DNA of 52,948 nucleotides from Thermoproteota archaeon (GTDB lineage: Archaea > Thermoproteota > EX4484-205 > JAAOZP01): assembly GCA_038850115.1 (NCBI GenBank), contig JAWCMB010000005.1:1-52948 (forward strand), written 5' to 3'. Positions within the stretch are counted from its first letter, which is position 1; every line of letters starts with the position of its first letter. Of this stretch, positions 48,696 through 52,948 are shown piece by piece. The translations under genes and the position numbers were made by a program. A model generated the notes under the pieces. That model did no database searches. It had not been told where the DNA came from and worked only from the letters and a program-made list of their open reading frames with translations.

Positions 48696-49799
48696 TTGTC
48701 CAAGAAAGGCTGGTGTGGGTTTGACGGTTGCAAGGATTGCTACTATTTTGCTTTAAAGCTTTGCCACGGCTGCTCCTTCAAAATGTGCCTCGTAGCCCAG
48801 TGCTGGAGGGGCTTCCAATACACTGGGATAACCTCCCCGAGGGCTTTCTGCAGGCTCAAACCATACTGCCCAGTTAAGACAAAGGATAGGGTTCCGGTTC
48901 AAAAGCCGAATTTAAACAGGAAGTTAATGTCTAAGACTGGTTTTCAGGGGTTCATACCGGAGATAGATGTTACGGACAACAGATCCTGGTTCTGGAAGGA
49001 TGGTGTTGAGTTGCCGAAGATCTTCGTTCCTCTTTGGCAGGTGTTGGTTAACGAAGAAATTCTGAAGGAAGCTTCTTCAAAAGGTTTGCATGACTATCTG
49101 GGATTTAACGGCAGAATTTTTCTATCATTAGTTATGCCGGACGAGCTGCTTGATAGGCTGGGAATTGAAGATTACTTCAGGCTGATCAATGACCTTAGGC
49201 CGGACGCTACGATGGTCCCTGATAACTACACATATGTCGACGATCCACTATTCCTCTCATGGTCTCAAACAATAAGACTTGTTTCCTTTGCGAATGATTT
49301 CCTCGAATTAGATATCCCGTTAATCGGCCTTGTTAAGGGCGCCAACCCTCTTCAGGTTGACTGGGCCATTAGGAAACAGGTTGAAATGGGCTACGTTTCC
49401 TTCGCAATGCCCGCAAGGGAACTATTGGAGGACAATCTCTTGGAAGACCTTTTACCCAGCGCCCTGATGAGCCTGAAGTGGATCTCTAAGAGGACAAGAA
49501 GGGATCTTGAGCTGTTGATTTACGGTATTGGCCACAGGCTTAATCATAAGGGTATAAATAGTTACAGCAACCTTTCTTGATTCTTGGAGGCCAGACACGG
49601 ATGCTATTTTAAGGATGGCTGGTCGTATGACCTTAGTGACCCTGAAATCCGGTTTGAAGAATGTGATTGCGAGGTCTGCAAAGGGTTAATGCCTCAGGAA
49701 ATAATTGACATGATGTTCAGCGACAGGGAGCTTGGCCTTAAGACGCTCATCCTCCACAACCTGCTCGACGTGAAGAAGGTTTTATCGAGGACGAAATGA
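48696..49799 (+). pseudogene. TGT/DpdA-like TIM-barrel protein with Cys-rich N-terminus; one in-frame TGA at 49578..49580
   Basis: ORFs 48696..49580 and 49584..49799 are in frame. The joined product has PDNYTY, IGLVKG, IYGIG, SNLS*FLEARHG and the zinc site CDCEVC...LHNL. Confidence 0.65.
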
Positions 49800-50729
49800 A
49801 TGGGCAGCGGCTCAAGGATAAGATAGTATGAGAGAAGGTTCTTCGAGGGAGAACAGGCACGCGGAGAAAGAGAAGAGGAAACCTTTCATGTTGCTGGAAC
49901 CTTTGGAGAATATGAGGTTCGCAAGCCGAGGGCTGCGGATACGAGTTGCTTAAAAGTGGCGGGGTCGTCGGGATCTTTTCTAAAGCTAGAGTTGAAGAGG
50001 ACAGGTTTGTCTTCGAGCTGAGTCACGGAATAGATCTAGAGGCTTCGCAAAAAGGAATCAGGGAAATATTCAACCTTGGAAGAGCGGAACTCTGTGGACT
50101 AATAGCTGCGGACAGAAGCATCTCCAAATACCAAGAGAAGGAGGGTAAGAGCACCATATACAAAACATACCTTAAAACAAACGATCAGGAGCTCGCCGAG
50201 ATTTTTGACAAATTATTTGAGGAAACCTATAGGATAACCCCACACCATTACATCGGATACCACAAGGCTCGTGGAGAGAAAAGACAACACTACGATGAGG
50301 TTGTGTACAGTAAGAAAGTTGCTTGACCTCTGGGGTTTCAATATTAAAGGACCAGAACATTACGAATTCCACCCGCCTATGAAATACCTCGATGAAGAAG
50401 GCAAGAGAGCATACTTAAAGGGTTTCTTCTCTGGGGATGGAGAGGTTACCCTCACGGAAACGGGTCATCATAGTATTAGCATATCCTCGTCTTGTGAAGA
50501 GGGTTTGAGGGAATTAAGGGGGATGCTCATAGAGCTAGGATTTCATCCCGGCAATATTGGTACATACGATGAGGAAGCGGTTCCTGGACGGCATAGATAC
50601 CCTTCTTTTCGTTTTTATATTCCTGAAGAGGATCACTTGAAATTTATAGAAGAAATAGGATCAGAGACAGAGGAGCATATAAATAAGTTCAAACAAATAA
50701 AGTTAATAGACGAGGAAAGGAGAAAATGA
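49800..50729 (+). pseudogene. Degenerate two-motif LAGLIDADG endonuclease-like gene
   Basis: Motif 1 LCGLIAADRSI, motif 2 YLKGFFSGDG in a different frame; in-frame TAG at 49824 and frameshifts near 49935 and 50320. Confidence 0.65.
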
Positions 50730-51211
50730 CAGAAATGAAACCTAAATTTGCTACAGTCTGGGAGTGGGGCGACGAGTTCGAAGATGTTGGAATGAATTGC
50801 GAGAAGTACGTCAGTAAGAGATGGGATGAAACTGTAAAATAATGTAGCATAGATATCGCGGCTAGAGAAAGAAATGAAGATATTTACTACCATATTACTG
50901 GTTTCACTAGCGAACCTAGGAATGTTAGAGATCTTGCCCAAGGTATGTTTGACGCGGCATTTTATTATGGAGGCAACGTTAAGGTATTATTTGTCACAAT
51001 CGAGCTGCTTAATTCCATCGTCTCAAATGATATAGTATGTCGAAAGTCGATAGAAGATATAAGGGGCGAATTTGAGGAATTTAAAAGGTCGGTTGCTAGC
51101 AGGTTTATGAACGATCTTAAGGTGAAAAGGGTAGCAGAGGGAAAAGAAGTCGTATTCCTCATAGAGTTCACCTTACTATGTGAATTGAACCTTTATATGC
51201 CAATAAGGTAA
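50726..51211 (+). pseudogene. Hypothetical gene with one in-frame TAA (50840..50842)
   Basis: ATG 50726 overlaps the upstream TGA and is in frame with the track ORF 50945..51211. Confidence 0.5.
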
Positions 51212-51453
51212 TTGTGGAGGCGAATCATTTCGATTTAGAGACATTAGAGAATTTTCTCAATTTAACGAGCAAAGGATTGATGGAAGAGCATTTAGCGAAA
51301 GGGATATTGGGCTACAAGCTACAATGTTAGGGACGTCAGTGATCTCGAAATTGAGGACATGGATGTACAAAGAGATAGGGTTGGGATAAGGCTCCAATGG
51401 AAATCTTTGAAATTAAAGACATGAGATGTTAATGTTTCATAGTTAAAAGCGAG

Positions 51454-51529
51454 TAGCGGGGGGTCGATTTGAACGACCGATCTCAGGGTTATGAGCCCTG
51501 CGGCATAGACCTGGCTAGCCCACCCCGCT
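51454..51529 (-). tRNA. Initiator tRNA-Met(CAT), intronless
   Basis: A1-U72 (AGCGGGG/CCCCGCT), three consecutive G-C pairs in the anticodon stem, CTCATAA loop. Confidence 0.93.
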
Positions 51530-51628
51530 ATATTTTTCTATATTTATTTCCTTTTGTTTGTTGTATTGCTTCGAATAAAGAATTTCGAGTGGTGAGTATA
51601 TAAAGTTTTTGGTCGGATTCCGCCTATT

Positions 51629-52612
51629 CTAGCCAAGCTGGTTCTGCTTAGAGTATTGAGGCCTGTCTCCGTGAGCTGCTTTCTGGGCTGGCGGACGTTT
51701 GTCTTGAAGCATCGATGCGTATGCTATCTGGTGTCTTTCATTGTATTGTAGTAAGGTTTCGAACCCGAATTCCTTTTTAAGATGCTCGGTTTTAAGGGTT
51801 TCATCCGTGGGTTCAACAATGAAGCGTGCGTCATCTATGTTGGATCTTATTTCTACTCGTCCAGGATACGTTTTCATTATGCGTTCCGGTATATCGTAGT
51901 TAAAGTCATAGTGGGAAATAATAAAGTCCGTGTTAATATCCCTGTAAATCACGTTTATACGCTGGTCTGTTTCGGCTAAAATTCTTCCCAGCGGGTCTAT
52001 TATTCTGGACTTGTCTGAGCGTACTGAAGATACGACGTAATACTGGTGTATGTAGGCGTACACTTGAAGTGGAAAACCGCCGTTATAAGCCGAGGGCCAG
52101 AAGACTATTTTCGCGCCTTTTTCCGCGAGTTCTCGCCAAGACTCTGGGAATATTATGTCGAAGCATATTTGTATTCCGACGCGCCCGAAATCCAAGTCGA
52201 AAACCAGAGCCTCCTTACCGGGGCTTACTCCCCCCTCGAAAACAGTGTAGTCGCTAGAGCTGGTGACTGGGTGAACCTTATCGTAGATTCCGATGATCTC
52301 GCCATTCCTGTCTATCAGGATGGCGGAATTCCATATTTTCCCTCCCCTCCTGGTTAGTATTGGGCAAATAATATAGCATTTTGCGGCTCTAGCCTTTTTC
52401 CCTATGACTTCTACAGTAGGCCCGGATACTTCTTCTGCAACCTCCTCAACGGGTCTGTTAACGTTTGCAGTTGTGAAGGCCTCAGGCAGACAAACTATAT
52501 CAGGCTTATTGGCAAGCGCTAAATCTAGAAGCTTTACAACATGTTTTCTATTTTCATTTATTGAACTATAGAAGCTTCCTCCTTGGCAAACTGTTGCAAC
52601 CCGTGCCTTCAG
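51629..52612 (-). CDS. Carbon-nitrogen hydrolase (nitrilase superfamily); canonical start absent
   Basis: The frame is open from 52618 and contains the triad CLPE, YDKVH, QICFD. The first ATG/GTG/TTG is only at 52195; CTG at 52612, or an out-of-frame GTG at 52622. Confidence 0.8.
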   Translation of the reverse strand: MKARVATVCQGGSFYSSINENRKHVVKLLDLALANKPDIVCLPEAFTTANVNRPVEEVAEEVSGPTVEVIGKKARAAKCYIICPILTRRGGKIWNSAILIDRNGEIIGIYDKVHPVTSSSDYTVFEGGVSPGKEALVFDLDFGRVGIQICFDIIFPESWRELAEKGAKIVFWPSAYNGGFPLQVYAYIHQYYVVSSVRSDKSRIIDPLGRILAETDQRINVIYRDINTDFIISHYDFNYDIPERIMKTYPGRVEIRSNIDDARFIVEPTDETLKTEHLKKEFGFETLLQYNERHQIAYASMLQDKRPPAQKAAHGDRPQYSKQNQLG

Positions 52613-52948
52613 TTTTAATCACCGTTCTAAAAAGAATACTGATTCAGACTATGTTTTTAAATTAAGCCCTTAGGCCTATTCTTATTATGCGAGCGATGTT
52701 CACAGTCGGGTAAGGTTGTACGGTGTTTCTCGGCCAACCGTGGCTGTTTCAATTCGTAAACAGGCACCTACAGGTTTCTAAGACTACTGTCTTCCGCGGC
52801 AAACCGAACCTTGGTCTACCCCTTTTAAAGCCGGAAAACTTCGTCTTGAAGCGGCTCTGGCGTTTTAGTAGGACCTGGTTTTTAGGCATTAACTTGGGTA
52901 GAAGCCTTATGGAGCCTGTTAAAAGTATAGAAAATGCAGCAGGTTTTA

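Noticed and set aside
49578-49580. UGA as selenocysteine
   Set aside because: Context suggests a Trp position; no SECIS or Sec machinery visible; neighbouring genes are also broken.

Overview
Archaeal chromosomal window with no CRISPR array and no rRNA. The gene set and the many BHB-type tRNA introns suggest a TACK/Thermoproteota-type lineage (inference). The intact housekeeping backbone includes a DRG-type GTPase end, HemK2, DUF655, SufC/SufBD, aRF1, PyrH, NAC, MBF1, aTrm56, TFE, SRP RNA, Top6A, Pelota, ThiL, TiaS and a PAC2-like gene. A set of N-glycosylation genes is split by an island. There are nine tRNA genes (Asp, Trp, Lys, Ile, Asn, Gln, Thr, Leu, iMet); six carry introns, including a three-intron tRNA-Asn and a tRNA-Gln with an intron at 10/11. 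Accessory blocks next to tRNAs contain many decaying genes, and a solo TnpB IS element abuts the PAC2-like gene. Most notable: (1) a membrane-anchored winged-helix gene exactly bracketed by inverted, helically phased (10-11 bp) repeat arrays and followed by a HerA/VirB4-like ATPase; (2) a ribophorin I (OST1)-like protein near glycosylation genes; (3) a tRNA-Gln whose leader duplicates the acceptor strand and could enable splicing of its 10/11 intron; (4) a candidate polymorphic nuclease toxin/immunity pair; (5) a decayed TGT-like/LAGLIDADG operon; (6) a pentameric ligand-gated ion channel. All family assignments come from motif recognition by eye, not database searches.
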